From Octopus vulgaris (taxonomy: Eukaryota): a stretch of 64,000 nucleotides of DNA. The stretch is taken from positions 1,612,001-1,676,000 of the forward strand of contig OX597831.1 of the NCBI GenBank assembly GCA_951406725.2, in the 5' to 3' direction. The notes beneath the pieces are model-generated. The model was given only the letters and a program-made list of their open reading frames with translations. It did no database searches and was not told the origin of the DNA. The translations under genes were made by a program, and so were the position numbers. Below, piece by piece: positions 50,159 to 64,000 of this stretch. Every line of letters starts with the position of its first letter. Position 1 is the stretch's first letter.

Positions 50159-51693
50159 ATATAATCTGATTTAACTATGTTTTTTCTTTATTTTGTTTTC
50201 ATTTGTTATTAGGACAGTGTTAGTGTGAGAAAAAAGTTCTTTGCAGTATCTGTTTTGATTGTTGATCTTCTAAGTTTAAATCCCATTGAAGTCAATTTTG
50301 TTTTTCCTCTTTCTGGGATTGATAAAGTAATAGTCAAGTTTTGGAATCAATTTAATTGACTCACCTTCATCTCTTAAAATCATTGGTTTAGTACACAAAT
50401 CTGAAACAAGTCTTCTCATATGGTATCACAAAATCTATGACTACACTTTTTTTTTGTCTTCTACAATATCTGATCTTCTTGCTTCAGTAGTATTGTCTAT
50501 TTTTATGGAGAAATCCCACAGAATCCTGTAATTATTATTCTCCATCACAGACTCTGGCACATGTTGATACCACTTTTCTTGAACCCCCATACTTGACTAA
50601 CACCCCAATGCACTCTTTTAGTAACACAATCATACCCGTGCTTATACTCTTTTTTGGTGGGTTCAGCAGTATTAAGTGGATGAAAGATAATTGCATCCCT
50701 GGATAGAACACAGGCCTAGCCATTGAACTTGGTGCTGAAGTCCTAAAACCCTTGTACCAACTGGGAAGCCAGGGTCAACATTGTCATTATTATTTAAGGC
50801 AGCAAACTAGCAGAATTGTTAGCTCACTGGACAAAAATGCTTAGTGATATTTCATCCATCTTTATGTTCTGGGTTCAAATTCCACTTGAGGTCAACTTTG
50901 CCTTTCATCCTTTTGGGGACAAAGGAATAAGTACCAGTTAAGCACTGGGGTCAGTGTAATCGACAGTCCTGGGATTATTATTATTATTATTATCAAGGTG
51001 AGAGAGCAGTTCATGCCATCAAAGCATGACACTGGGGTGAAGTATATGAAGCCCAATATACCCAGTTCATGATTCTGTCTGAGGTACACCACTTTGCATC
51101 ACATCCATATGTCAGGGCATGGTGATCTCAAAATCAAGATAAACAGCACATGAACATTAGGGTGGGGCCCAGTTAATTGAGGTTGAGTAGCCCATCCCTC
51201 TCAAAACAGCCCTTGAATAAGGGTTGTTTAAAAATTTGAAACCATCATTATTATTGTTATTGAACTATTCAAACCCCAAAGAATCCCTCTCAACACATGG
51301 CTATGAAGTTCCCCCACTACTTCTGCTCGTGATCAGAGATGCACATATCATCAGCCACTAAGGGACATGCTCAACTGGTTAAGGTCAAACAACTGACAAG
51401 CAAATCTGTGGTATTGAGCAGAATATTTGCTGTAGCCCATCTTTTATACCAAGACAAAACAATGTACATGATAACACTTCCAATCAGGTCAAGCTGGCAG
51501 AATCATTAGCACACTGGGTGAAGTACTTAACAGTATTTTGCCCTTCACTATATTGAGTTCAAATTCTGTTGAGGTCAACTTTACTCTTCATCCTTTCAGG
51601 GCTGATAAAATAAGTACCAGTTGAACATTAGGGTTGATGTAATTGACTTATCCCCTCCCCCAAAATTGCTGTCCTTGTGGAAAAATTTGAAAC

Positions 51694-51729
<36 letters not shown>

Positions 51730-52365
51730 CATCATCATCATCATTACTACTACTGCTACTACTACTTGACACGAAAAATGGGCAAGATTCTTTCACATGG
51801 CTACAAAATAATCCGTTTTGCTGGAGGAGAAAGCTTAATGTTCCATAAGACAAATAAATAAATCTACAAACAGAGAAAAAAAAGAGTAGGTGGGTAGGTG
51901 GCAGATAGATGTAAAAATAAAACAAAAGAACACCCTCATTCACATTTCCTCCCAAAAGATGGCCCCTTCCGCAATAACACATACAAATGATGGGCATTAT
52001 AGAAAATCACAGCTTCCATGAAAATGCTATAAAAATATACAATATCCTTGGTCTTTTTTAAAAATAACTCAAGTGTACCACCTTCTACCCCCTTCTGTTT
52101 TATAGTCGGATAACCATTACCAAATGTTACACTGCCTACCAGCTCCATTGCTGCTTTAACACAGGGAGGAAGATACAGCTCTCCACCTCACCATGGACCG
52201 CCACTTCCCCAATACTGGAAGTGGTGGTGATGGCGGGGGATGCTGAGGATCAGGGTTACTGATGTCTGGGGTTTGCAGTTTCTTTGTTGTCATTTCTGTA
52301 AGCAGAACCAAGATATGTTGTAGGGGATATTTATGTATGTGCTTATGTATACTGATATATATTGA

Positions 52366-52405
<40 letters not shown>

Positions 52406-53488
52406 TTATATGTGGGTGTATATATATATGTATATGTGTGTGTGTGTATATTTTATCGTGTTTCAGTCATTAGACTGTGGCCATGCTGGGGCACCACCTT
52501 GAAGGATTTCTAGTTGAATGAACTGATCCAAATACTTATTTATTTTTAAATCTGGTACTTATTCTATTGGTCCCTTTTGCTGGACCACTAAGTTACGGGG
52601 ACATAAACATGCCAACACCGGTTGTCAAGTGGTGGTAGGAAACACACACACACACACGTGCACAATGGGCTTCTTTCAGTTTCTGTCTACCAAATCCACT
52701 CAAAGATTTGGTTGGCCCAAGGCTACAGAAGATGACACCTGCCCAAGGTGCCTTGCAGTCAGACTGAACCCGGAACCATGTGGTTGGAAAGCAAACTTCT
52801 TACTGCGCAGCCACACCTGTGCAAGTGGTCACCTATCTAATTACTAACTAGGCTTGATGTTGCTTAACTACACTTATATATTTACATATTTATGCATGGA
52901 GGGGAGGGGGATTGTGTGTATGTATCTCATTGGAGATTATCCACTTTTTGTTCTCTCTGCTGACCACCCACTGCTTGAAGCCTACAAACTTCCTACACTT
53001 GGATCCCAGGAACGTATTCATATATTGATATATATATATATTCTTTTATTCTTTTACTTGTTTCAGTCATTTGATTGTGGCTATGCTGGAGCACTGCTTT
53101 TAGTTGAAGAAATCGCCCCCAGAACTTATTCTTTGTAACTCCAGTACTTATTCCATAGGTCTCTTTTGCCGAACCACTAAGTTATGGGGACATAAACACA
53201 CCAACATCAGCTGTCAAGCGATGGTGGGTGGCAAACACACGCACGCACGCATGCACACACACACACACACACACATACACACACACACACACACATATAT
53301 ATATATTATATATGATGGGCTTCTTTCAATTTCTGTCCACCAAATCCACTCACAAGGCTTTGGTTGGCCCGAGGTTACAGTAGAAGACACTTGCCCAAGG
53401 TGCCACACTGTGGCACTGAACCCAGAACCATGTGGTTGGTAAGCAAGCTACTTACTACACAGCCACTGGGCATAACAATATATATCTA

Positions 53489-53524
<36 letters not shown>

Positions 53525-54883
53525 ATGTCTTTATGTGTGTATTTGTGTGTCTAAATGTATATACTTATCACTTTTATATTATACTATGGAAGACTGTAGG
53601 GAATATTTTTTTGTATGACTTAAAGGTTTGGTCGCTGTTTAGTTACATATTTGGAGTTGGTTATAGATTTACTTATTGGAATTTATTTACTGATACTGTT
53701 GTAAGTAGGGTAAATGTGTTTGAAAGTTGTGGTTTCTTTGGTATGTTTGTTCCCAAACAACACTTGTTTTAGTGCTGTTGACACTACCAGATTGAATGGT
53801 ACCACAGATATCATTATGGTGTTGAAACCATAATGATATCTGTGGCTGATGATGGAAGTATGTTGGATTGTTGGTAAGGCTGTTTTTGTATATGTGGAAT
53901 AGTATTGTAACACATCCGTTTGATATCTTTGTGTGTGCATATGTGTGTGTGGGCACAGTGTAAAAACATGACTTAATACTAGGTGAAGTTCCACTCCAAT
54001 CTTATCAACTACACATATTGCATAGTTTTTCACATGGAATCATTTTAGTGGGGGTTAGAAATGGAGTAGTACAAAAACAATTGTAACTACTAATAAAGTT
54101 GTACTAGATTTATTTTTTGTGTTCTTGCTTGTATTATATATAAACATATATTCAATATATATATATATATGTATAGGCGCATGAGTGGCTGTGTGGTAAG
54201 TAGCTTGCTAACCAACCACATGGTTCCGGGTTCAGTCCCACTGCGTGGCATCTTGGGCAAGTGTCTTCTGCTATAGCCCCGGGCCGACCAATGCCTTGTG
54301 AGTGGATTTGGTAGATGGAAACTGAAAGAAGCCTGTCGTATATATGTATATATATGTATATGTGTGTGTGTGTTTGTCCCCCTAGCATTGCTTGACAACC
54401 GATGCTGGTGTGTTTACGTCCCCGTCACTTAGCGGTTCGATAGAATAAGTACTGGGCTTACAAAGAATAAGTCTCGGGGTCGATTTGCTCGACTAAAGGC
54501 GGTGCTCCAGCATGACCGCAGTCAAATGACTGAAACAAGTAAAAGAGTAAAAGAGAGAGTAAAGAGTATGTCTGTGTGTGTATATATCCGTATTTGTGTG
54601 TATGAAACCTTATTTAATTTCTTACTAGATTGATATCATGATACATCGGGTGCTGTAAATCTCTGTCATTAATTCGATACATCTTTAAGCAGCCCAGTGG
54701 GTGAAGGGTAATAAATAAATAAATCCGTAAAGAAAGATAAAGACTTCTGTTACTGTAACCAAAGACAGTGATAACTGGGCAGGGATGGAGTGTTGAACCA
54801 TTCTATTCTTAAGCCAGGGGCTTACGGATTATCTATACTTACAACTTGTACAAACATTACCATTGATTAATGTACAAATAACT

Positions 54884-55110
54884 GTGGAGGCATGTGGCTT
54901 AGTGGTTAGAGTGTCAGCATTATGATCGTAAGATTGTGGTTTCGATTCCTGGACCGGGCGACGCGTTGTGTTCTTGAGCAAAACACTTCATTTCACGACT
55001 TCATTTCAAGAGTAACGCTGCGATGGACTGGCATCCCATCCATTGAAAATGGGAAACCGGGCCCATGAGCCTGGCTAGGGTTTAAAAAGGGTGCATATAT
55101 TTGTTTTTTT
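54884..55110 (+). mobile_element. tRNA-derived SINE with 17-bp TSD
   Basis: A box TGGCTTAGTGG, B box GTTTCGATTCC, and TSD TTAATGTACAAATAACT at 54867-54883 and 55111-55127. Confidence 0.9.
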
Positions 55111-55905
55111 TTAATGTACAAATAACTAGGGTTATCACATCACTGAAGACTGGGTGTTTGGGATTCCAGTCTTCCAGCTACCCTTCTATGTTATGAAATT
55201 CTTAAAAGTACTTCTCTATATTGTGTTCAAGACATTGTGTACATAGGTGTTGGCATGGCTGTGTGGATAAGAAACTTGCTCTGCAACCACATCGTTTCAA
55301 GTTCAATCCCACTGTGTGGCACCTTTGGGCAAATGTCTGTTACTATAGCCCTGGGCCAATCAATGCTTTGAAAGTGAATTTGGTAGATGAAAACTGTGTG
55401 GGAGTTTGTTGCGTTGGTGTGTATATATACACATACACATATTTGTGTGTGTGTGTGTATATATATATCTCCAACTAATGCTAGCATGGAAAACGGATGT
55501 TAAACGAAAATGATGATATGTTTAATTATGAGTGTGTTTTTCTATTTTTGTTTTTTCTGCGACAACAGCTTGACAACCAGTGTTGGTTTGTTTACATCCC
55601 CATAACTTAGCTTTTCAGTAAAAGAGACCTTTAGAATAAGTACCAGACTTCAAAAAAAGAAGCCTAGTTCCCCAGTGTTGCTGCAGTCCAATGACTGAAA
55701 CAAGTAAAAGATGAAAGATATAAGAAAGAATTGACCTCCATCTCAACCAAACCAATTATTCTATGCAGAACCAATCCTTTTACTTAAAGCCAGAGCATGC
55801 CATGTCAAAAATCAAAGCCAATCTAATTGATGTAGGATACGTGTAGCATGTATGTACCTTCTTGCCAGCTGTCTCTCATAAAGATGAAAAATTTCTATTA
55901 AAAAT

Positions 55906-56932
55906 TTTCTGGTCTGTTATTTGCATTCATTTAATATATCTTAGGTGGATCTACATCATTGCATGCCATGCATTCATGCAGAAAATACCACTGGTTCCAT
56001 ATTACATAATGATTTGGTTGCTTGGGACTTCACTTAACAAGGAGAGGAAAAAAGAGTGAAATGAAGTCACAACCAACCAAACCCCTTTTTCTTTAACTTC
56101 ATCCACCTTTTACTTCTTCTGTTTTACTTATTGTTTCTCCTTTCTTTTTAACTCTCATTTCACTACCACCACCAATAATAATAATAATACTATGACTACT
56201 GCCACCACTACCAGCAGCACCTCCTCCTCCGTTTGAGGATTCAGAGGTGCTACCTACAGCCTTTATATGTATTTGCTTTCATTATCCTAGATCTAGGGAT
56301 CTCAAACTGGCATATTTGTACCCTAGGGGGTAAAGGGTAAAGAGACCCTTTGGTCATGAATGACCATGGGATTGCACCTAGAGATTTGCCCTATGAGGCA
56401 TAAGTCTGGGCAAGGTTGTTTGTGGAAGACCAGCAGTTGCCCATGCATATCAATCTCTCCTCTTCACATCACCAATGTTGCCCAAGGGAAAAGCAAAGGC
56501 CAATACAACTTGGCACCAGTGATGTCATAACTCATTTCTACAGCTAAGTGTCCTCAAGCAACATGAAATAAAGTGTCTTGCTCAAGAGCACAGCCCAGTC
56601 TGAGAACCGAACTCACAACCTTACAATTCTAAGCCTGACACTTTAACCACTGAGCCACATGCCTTCACACCCTTAATATATATGATGTTTCTGGTCTGTT
56701 ATTTGCATTCATTTAATATATCTTAGGTGGATCTGCATCATTGCATGCCATGCATTCATGCAGAAAATACCACTGGTTCCATATTACATAATGATTTGGT
56801 TGCTTGGGACTTCACTTAACAAGGAGAGAGAAAAAGAGTGAAATGAAGTCACAACCAACCAACCAACCAGCCAACCAACCAAACCCCTTTTTCTTTAACT
56901 TCATCCACCTTTTACTTCTTCTGTTTTACTTA
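55906..56932. repeat. Recent ~225-bp direct duplication (55906-56130 and 56688-56932)
   Basis: Near-identical; differences are limited to a few substitutions and an (AACC)n expansion. Confidence 0.95.
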
Positions 56933-58939
56933 GAATTTTAAAGCGATAATGACCAACTAAATGCAAGTGATGTGTCTCAAAAATGTGTGGAGATTTATTT
57001 TGTTTTTCTCATCCACTTACCATTGTGAACAAGATCTTTCAGTAATGTTAATAACCAAAAACTAAGTTTTATGCAAGACTGTCAATTGAGAATAATGTGT
57101 AGGTGTATCTTTTTGAAACTGTACCGTGTGTTCAGTTAACTGTTAAATGAGACTAACTCGTCTAGCTTGTTAAGAATATATCAATAAATGAAATGGAAAT
57201 GATTTCATACCTTAAGCATAAGGTTAAAAATTTTGCAGGAAAGAACAGTTGATTATATGACCACAGTAATTTGATGAGTACTTTAGTTTATCAACCCCGT
57301 AAGGATGAAAAGAAAAATTGAACACAATAGTAATTGAACTCATTGAAGTGAATTAAATTCAGTCAATAATAATAATCTATTCTATGATATCCAACCATTT
57401 TACGCTATATTCATCATGCAGGTGGGGCCAACACTGCCGGGCATGATGATGGGATACACTTGCTAGAAGAAAATCCTGGAGGACCCCACTTGTAGAATTT
57501 AGGATAAACAACCTTTTTTTTTTGTCTGGGAGGTGGTCCATAAAATTCTTAAGAAAAATTTTGTGAATCATGTGTGGTAAGAGGCTTGCTTACCAACCAC
57601 ATGGTTCTGGGTTCATTCCCACTGAGTGGCACCTTGGGCAAGTGTCTTCTACTATAGAATCAGGCCAACCAAAGCCTTGTGAGTGGATTTGGTAGACAGA
57701 AACTGAAAGAAGCCCATCGTATATATGTATATATATATATCTATGTGTGTGTCTGTCCCCCAGCATCGCTTGACAACTGACGGTGCTGTGTTTACGTCCC
57801 TGTAACTTAGTGGTTTGGCAAAAGAGACCAATAGAATAAGTACTAGGCTTCCAAAGAATAAGTCCTGGGGTTGATTTGCTTGACTAAAGGCAGTGCTCCA
57901 GCATGGCCACAGTCAAATGTCTGAAACAAGTAAAAGAGTAAACATTTACTTTTAATTGTCTTATATAATATTACAGTGAAACATGCAACTTACTGTGGGC
58001 CGCCAAAAATTTGGTATGGATCACTGGTTGTCTGTCTAGATCATATTGTACATGATTCCTATAAGCAGTACAGATAAGGATAGGATAACTGGGGAACATC
58101 GATATAGTTAATGTTCAAACTGTTGCAGGTTACTGTTTAGAAGGGAAAATTTTTTCTGAAAATGAGGAAAGGACTTCTTGAATGAACAGGTGAAGAGGAA
58201 TTCTTGAAGATTTGTCTCCTAGAGAAGATGAATTTAACAGTTACATTTTAGTGTGGTATCTTGACTCTTTGATAATATTTTAATAGAGACATGATAGAAC
58301 TTAGTGAAGCTGTCATGTCTGTCTTTTGTGTTGGAACACAACTCCTAAACACTCTGTATTTTATTCTGTAGTCAGTTCCATTCAAGAAAATCTTTGGTAA
58401 CAGGTGTTTTCTGTGACCATTTCATTTTTCATTCAGTCACACTATCTAGGATTACATTATCTGAAGTGTTTTCCTTCTTTCTAAGACTGCAATGTGTAAT
58501 TTGACCTACAAGAGATGGCAACAAAATTTCCTCAGTCAACTGTGTCAATGCTCCTTAACAGCCTGAAAAAAAAAAAGAAACAAAACAAAAAAAAAAACAA
58601 ACTTGTGTGTCTTTGTAGGGAGATATTTCATTTTTGTGGACCCTTTTAATTATCAGTAATAGCATCATGAAGGGGTGACAGGGGTCAGACTTGTATTTCT
58701 ATTAGATAAACAACAGAATATTTACATAAGCATAAATCTGCTCATTTATATGCTTGTGTTAAAAGTAAATGGATTTTCTGTTGGCCTCCCCCACCCCATG
58801 ATGAGTTTCCCTGTTGTATAATCAACAATCTTGCCTCCTTTCATAAATCATAAGTGGCTGAGTACTCCACATACACATGTTCTTTTAACATTATTAATCC
58901 TCAAGCAGAATCAAAGGGGCAGTCTTGTCACAGTGTGTG

Positions 58940-59182
58940 CAACCTGTTTCCTGAATAAATGCTTTTGTCATCATATTTTTGTTCAAATACACTGTCTGTG
59001 TTTCAATTTATGAAAATAAGGAAGAATTTAGTAAAATAACCTTGACATTATTAATCTGGTATTTGAAGCATAAACTGACATGAAATTTTCAAGGAAGGTT
59101 TTGATTTAAATCATTTTAAAATGGAAAGTTTGTATCACAGAACTAGGCATGGCCTTGAGCAGGTTTGTATCAAAAGGGTTAA
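58940..59182. mobile_element. Older piggyBac-like MITE related to P2
   Basis: Ends GTATCAAAAGGG|TTAA. Its reverse complement aligns with the split host element at 26610-26733 plus 27400-27480. Confidence 0.6.
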
Positions 59183-59475
59183 TGACAAGCTTCTGCATAA
59201 CTTCTGTCTGTCCAATTTCATCAACAAGGGTTCACCTAAGGTTGCTGTGGTGCCACACAGTAGGACTGAATTTGGGACCTGACGATTGCAAAGCAATTAA
59301 CCATTTGGCCATAGGCGTAGGAGTGGCTGTGTGGTATGTAGCTTGCTTATGAACCACATGGTTCCGGGTTCAGTCCCACTGCGTGGCACCTTGGGCAAGT
59401 GTCTTCTACTATAGCCTCGGCCAGACCAAAGTCTTGTGAGTGGATTTGGTAGACGGAAACTGAAAGAAGCCCATC

Positions 59476-59521
<46 letters not shown>

Positions 59522-60907
59522 TTGTTTGTTCCCCCAGCATCGCTTGACAACTGATGCTGGTGTGTTTACATCCCCGTAACTTAACAGTTTGGCAAAAGAG
59601 ACCGATAGAATAAGTACTAGGCTGACAAAGAATAAGTCCTGGGGTCGATTTGCTCAACTAAAGGCGTTGCTCTAGCATGGCCATAGTAAAATGACTAAAA
59701 CAAGTAAAAGAGATACCTGTACATTGACATGACTACATGCGTGCATTTTATATAAACATACTGACTGTATGGAGCATGTGGAAGAAATGTGAGGTTGCAT
59801 ATTAGTGAGAAATATGAAATACTGAATGTGGAAAATCTGTAATACTGTGCAAGTTGTAGAGAAATTCTGGTAGTATGGTCTGTTGAAAGCCTTGTGTGAT
59901 ATTAACTTGTATGAATGACAGAACATGGAGTTGAGAGAATGGCTGGACATTAATTGGACATTGGTAAGGGCATGCAGAAGTGAGCCTTGTGGCTGTATGA
60001 ATGAAAAATATGAATGGATGATGAGTACTCAGGAAACTATTTTAAACCATCCATACAAGATGACAAGGAAGACAGAGAGAGAGGAGGGGTTGATCTCAGA
60101 AGATGAGTGGCCAGGTATTGAACCACTTTACTTTCAAAATATAAAGTGGTGAATTTAAAGGTGTTGGAGCAGTGGGCAAAATGCTTTGCAATACATGTTG
60201 TGGCTTTCTGCTCTCTGAGTTCAAAACCAACTTAGCTCAACTTTGCTTTTGGAATAGTGGGGTTGATTCTTTTCTCCCTCTAACTCACCTCAGCCTCCCT
60301 CCCCCTCTCTCTCTCTTGTCTAGGTATCAGTAATGTTGCTTCACAGGAAGCATTCTTGGGCACTACTCACACCATTCCTTTCTTCCCAGAGAGTGTTGGG
60401 GAAAGGTTGTAAAGAGTGCTAGCAACCTCTTTCCATTGTAAAAGCTGATATATTATCGGAACTATGACGGACAGATGTGGTGTGTAGCTCTGAACGGAAA
60501 CAGGAAAGAGACAGAGAGAAGAAAAAAAAGATTTCTCAAAACAGGACTTACTCAAAGGAGTCATGAATGAGTAAGTGAATGAATGAATTATTGCTTGGTC
60601 TTTATTTACTTAAAACCTTCAAGTAGTAAAACCATCTGTTGTATTCTGTGTTCTAAATCCTATTAAGTTAATGACATTGATTTTTGTGGGGGTGAGTGGA
60701 GGTGGAATATAGATAGCAATGTGTAAATAATTGGCTTGTCTGTGTGTGTATGTGGTTAAGAAGTTTGCTTCATGTCCACATGGTCTCAGGTTTGGTTCCA
60801 CTGTGTAGTATCTTGGTCAACTGTCTTTCTACTATTTATATGTATGCATATCTGTGAATGATGCATGTATATTTGTGTGAATATAATATATATATGTATA
60901 TATGTTA

Positions 60908-61233
60908 AGGCTCAGTGGTTAGAGTGTCGAGCTTACGATTGTGAGGTCGTGAGTTCGATTCCCGGACCGGGCTGCGTGTTGTGTTCTTGAGCAAGACACT
61001 TTATTTCCCGTTGCTCCAGTTTAACTCAGTTGTAGAAATGAGTTGCGACATCACTGGTACCAAGCTGTATCGGCCTTTGTCTTTCCCTTGGATAACATCA
61101 GTGGTGTGGAGAAGGGAGGCTGGTATGCATGGGCGACTGCTGGCCTTCCATAAACAACCTTGCCTGAACTTGTTCCTCGGAGGGTAACTTTCTAGGTGCA
61201 ATCCTATGGTCATTCATGACCGAAGGGGGTCTT
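60908..61233 (+). mobile_element. tRNA-derived SINE with well-preserved Pol III boxes
   Basis: GGCTCAGTGG (A box), GAGTTCGATTCCC (B box) and a GTGTTCTTGAGCAAGACACTT core. An older inverted copy lies at 56335-56670. Confidence 0.85.
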
Positions 61234-61508
61234 AAATAAATATATATACATATATAATCTTATCATCATAACATCCATTTTTTATTGCTTGTCTGGGGCA
61301 GATGGAGTATATTTGATGCAGATTTTTTACAGCCAGATACTCTTCCTATTACTAATTCTCACCTGTTTTCATGTAAAGTATATTCTTCCCCATAGCCAGA
61401 CGTGTTTCATGGAAAATTGGAAACAAAAGATACCACTTGTATGACCGTGACACTCATTTACAGCCATCATACAATGTCAAAACAAGGAGATACTAACACA
61501 CATACACA

Positions 61509-62370
61509 CTGGGTGTTCAGACTAAATTTGACAATTTTTTTATGTCTTCTTTTTTCGGGAACAGCTAGGTGTATTAGTGAACTGTCAAAATTGGCAAGAA
61601 CTGTCAACATTGAAAAGAATAAAGATTAAAGTTGTAGTTGAGAAAATGTTAGATGACACAGAGGACTGGAAGCCATCTGAATATTGGAAAAGAGTTATCG
61701 GTATCGTGATAATTTGCACTATCAAAAATATCAACATCATGACTGCTGCTCAATGCTCTGTCATGACTGTGATGGCTCTAAGATATGACATAGACGTCAC
61801 GAGGGTGTTGTCATGCCACCCCACATCTTTGAACAAGGCCTTAGGCTCAATTCAGACAGCTTTGTGAAACTGCTGGAGATTGCGGTCAAACTCAGGCAGG
61901 AGAGAGTTGCTGCTGGAAGGCCATATGTGTGGCAGCAGGATTCAAACTCCTTGTCATACCTCTGGAAAGAGTCAGAAGTGGTTGTTTAAAAATTTCTATG
62001 ACTTCACCAACCCCAATTTCTGGAGTCCTAATACCCCCAATTGTAATCCCATGGATTACTATGTATGGGGCATGGTTGAGAAAGACATCAACCACTCTGC
62101 CTGCAACACCAAAACCAAGCTGGTGGCCAAGACCAAGGATGTGCTCAAAGATCTTCCCAGGGACATAGTGAGGGATGCATATGTGCTAGGTTCTGGAGCC
62201 ATCTTGAGGCTATGGTAGAAGCTGAGGGTAGCTAATTTTAGTAAACTATTGTCTCCCAGTCATAATCTAGTTGATATTTATTAATTTTTTTAAATATTTT
62301 TTTTTCGGGATGAGATATTGTGTTTGCTTTTCCTTTATGCAAACTGTCAAATTTAGCTGAAAATACTCTG
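61509..62370 (+). mobile_element. Internally deleted Tc1/mariner-superfamily transposon, related to 1275-2482
   Basis: TIRs share CTAAATTTGACA / TGTCAAATTTAG. Peptides: VMPPHIFEQGLRLNS, YVWQQDSNSLS, FWSPNTPNCNPMDYYVWG. Confidence 0.85.
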
Positions 62371-62480
62371 AACACACACACACACATACCACACGTACAA
62401 AAACATACATATATATACATATATATATATCTATTTGTATCACATCGAAACTAACTGTGACTTAATTTTTCCTCTCACAC

Positions 62481-62540
62481 CATCTCCGATGAAGGGATAT
62501 TATTATTAATTAATATTCTAGAAACAGCTGTATGACCTTC
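62481..62540 (+). ncRNA. Degenerate type I hammerhead-like motif
   Basis: CCGATGA (62486-62492), AT-rich stem II (GGATATTA/TAATATTC), GAAAC, palindromic AGCT, GTA. Stem I is poorly paired. Confidence 0.4.
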
Positions 62541-64000
62541 TATCTATAAATGCTCTAATATCTATACAGCCTTGGTTTTTATCTCATTATGCAAAAAATT
62601 CATATAACATGAGTTCATGGCTGTTTCCTGCAACAGCTTCACATAGAAGCCCCAGCCCATCCAAAGTACCTTGGATTGCAAGACAGCCTGCTGTGCTTAC
62701 CTTGGATCATAGGGTGACCTGCTGTGCTTGAGGAGACCTATTGAGTCAAGTACATCAACATCAAGAAATCAAATGGAAATTGTAGTAGTGATACCTGTGC
62801 CAGTGGCATGTAAAAAGCACCATCCGAACGTGGCCGATGCCGATGCTACCTTGACTGGCTTCCATGCCGGTGGCATGTAAAAAGCACAAACCAATCATGT
62901 CCATTGCCAGCCTTCACTGGCACCTGTGCCGGTGGCACGTAAAAAGCACCCACTACACTCACGGAGTGGTTGGTGTTAGGAAGGGCATCCAGCTGTAGAA
63001 ACACTGCCAGATCAGACTGGAGCCTGGTGCAGCCTCCTGGCTTCCCAGGCCCTGGTCGAACTGTCCAACCCATGATAGCATGGAAAACAGACATTAAATG
63101 ATGATGATATACATACTCATATATGCACACACATACATAGTACGGTCTTCTTTTAGTTTGTTCTATGAAATCTACTCACAAAACTTTTAATCAGCATGGG
63201 GCTATAGTAAAAGTCACTTGTCCAATGTACCAGACAGTGGGACTGAACTCTCAAAACCATGTGCTTATGAAGCAAACGTCTTGACCACACAGCCAAGCTT
63301 GCACTTTTACCTTAATCTTAACCCTTTTGGGACACCTGGGCCAATATATCAGCCCAAGTGATACTAACTGAAAGGACTTTGAGGCCTATCCATCAGCCTG
63401 ATGAAACAAACGTTGTGAGTGGTTAGTTTTGAAGTGTAATAGCCAATCAGAGAGTGTCTTTCAGTGTATTTTTTGTTTTTTTTTCTACAGAAACATTTAT
63501 GTTTATTATTTTATTTATTTTTATGTATTGTGTTGTTTCAGGTTTTCTTATCCTGATAAAGCTTTCATAATATAGTTTTACATACTGATAAAGTAGTTTT
63601 AGGTACTTTATCCTTCGTTTTCTACATGCACCCATGAATTCCAATCTCAACAGAAAAAAAGTTTGGTCTTTTTGGCCACATACCAAAACACCTTGTATCT
63701 CAAAAGGGCTAAATAAAGGAAAAGCTCTTTAGATAATGATGTGCACTTATAGTGCTTCAGAATACAGAAAATGTGATTGATGGTCATGGTTAGAACGTCT
63801 TTGATCATTGTGTCTGTTGGATCAGATCAACTGAAGGGGAGAAGGGGTAGGAGGTAGACAACAAAAACAACAATAAAGATCAGAACATTTACTCCCTTTC
63901 ACTCCAAAAACAACAATAACAGAAAAAAAATTGCAGAAGCCTAAATGTCTTGATTTTTGTAGAACCAAGGTGACAAGGTCATATCTTTGGATTTAAAATA

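Noticed and set aside
50175-50260. Polypyrimidine tract plus AG as a candidate acceptor for FERM exon 2
   Set aside because: The downstream sequence is a decayed SINE-B relic with no FERM-like peptide.
60908-60975. tRNA-like sequence with A and B boxes
   Set aside because: It continues into a SINE body with other copies in the window and has no complete acceptor stem. The same applies to 10632 and 54886.

Overview
AT-rich, microsatellite-dense eukaryotic genomic DNA; the repeat landscape suggests a cephalopod (Octopus), which is an inference. No prokaryotic operon, CRISPR array, rRNA or true tRNA is present, and most ORF-track entries are translated microsatellites or SINEs. The only host coding sequence I can support is a 53-codon first coding exon (14567-14725, + strand, GTAAGT donor) of a FERM/band 4.1 gene resembling EPB41L5/Yurt. 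It sits in a CpG-retaining zone and is followed by what appears to be an intron of more than 49 kb. The rest is mobile DNA: a young 5'-truncated CR1/L2-type LINE with an open RT frame, RTE and possible Tx1 fragments, several Tc1/mariner relics, TTAA piggyBac-like MITEs, an 8-bp-TSD MITE, non-autonomous Helitrons and at least four SINE families. The most notable structures are (i) a 15 x 48-bp minisatellite derived from mariner catalytic-domain sequence and fused in frame to the mariner DNA-binding segment, (ii) minimal hammerhead-ribozyme-like motifs of the Penelope type, two with a CCGANGA core, (iii) a Helitron inserted into one such motif, whose empty site can be read from the sister inverted arm, and (iv) many long intronic hairpins that could be A-to-I editing substrates. 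All coordinates were read by eye; no database search was run.
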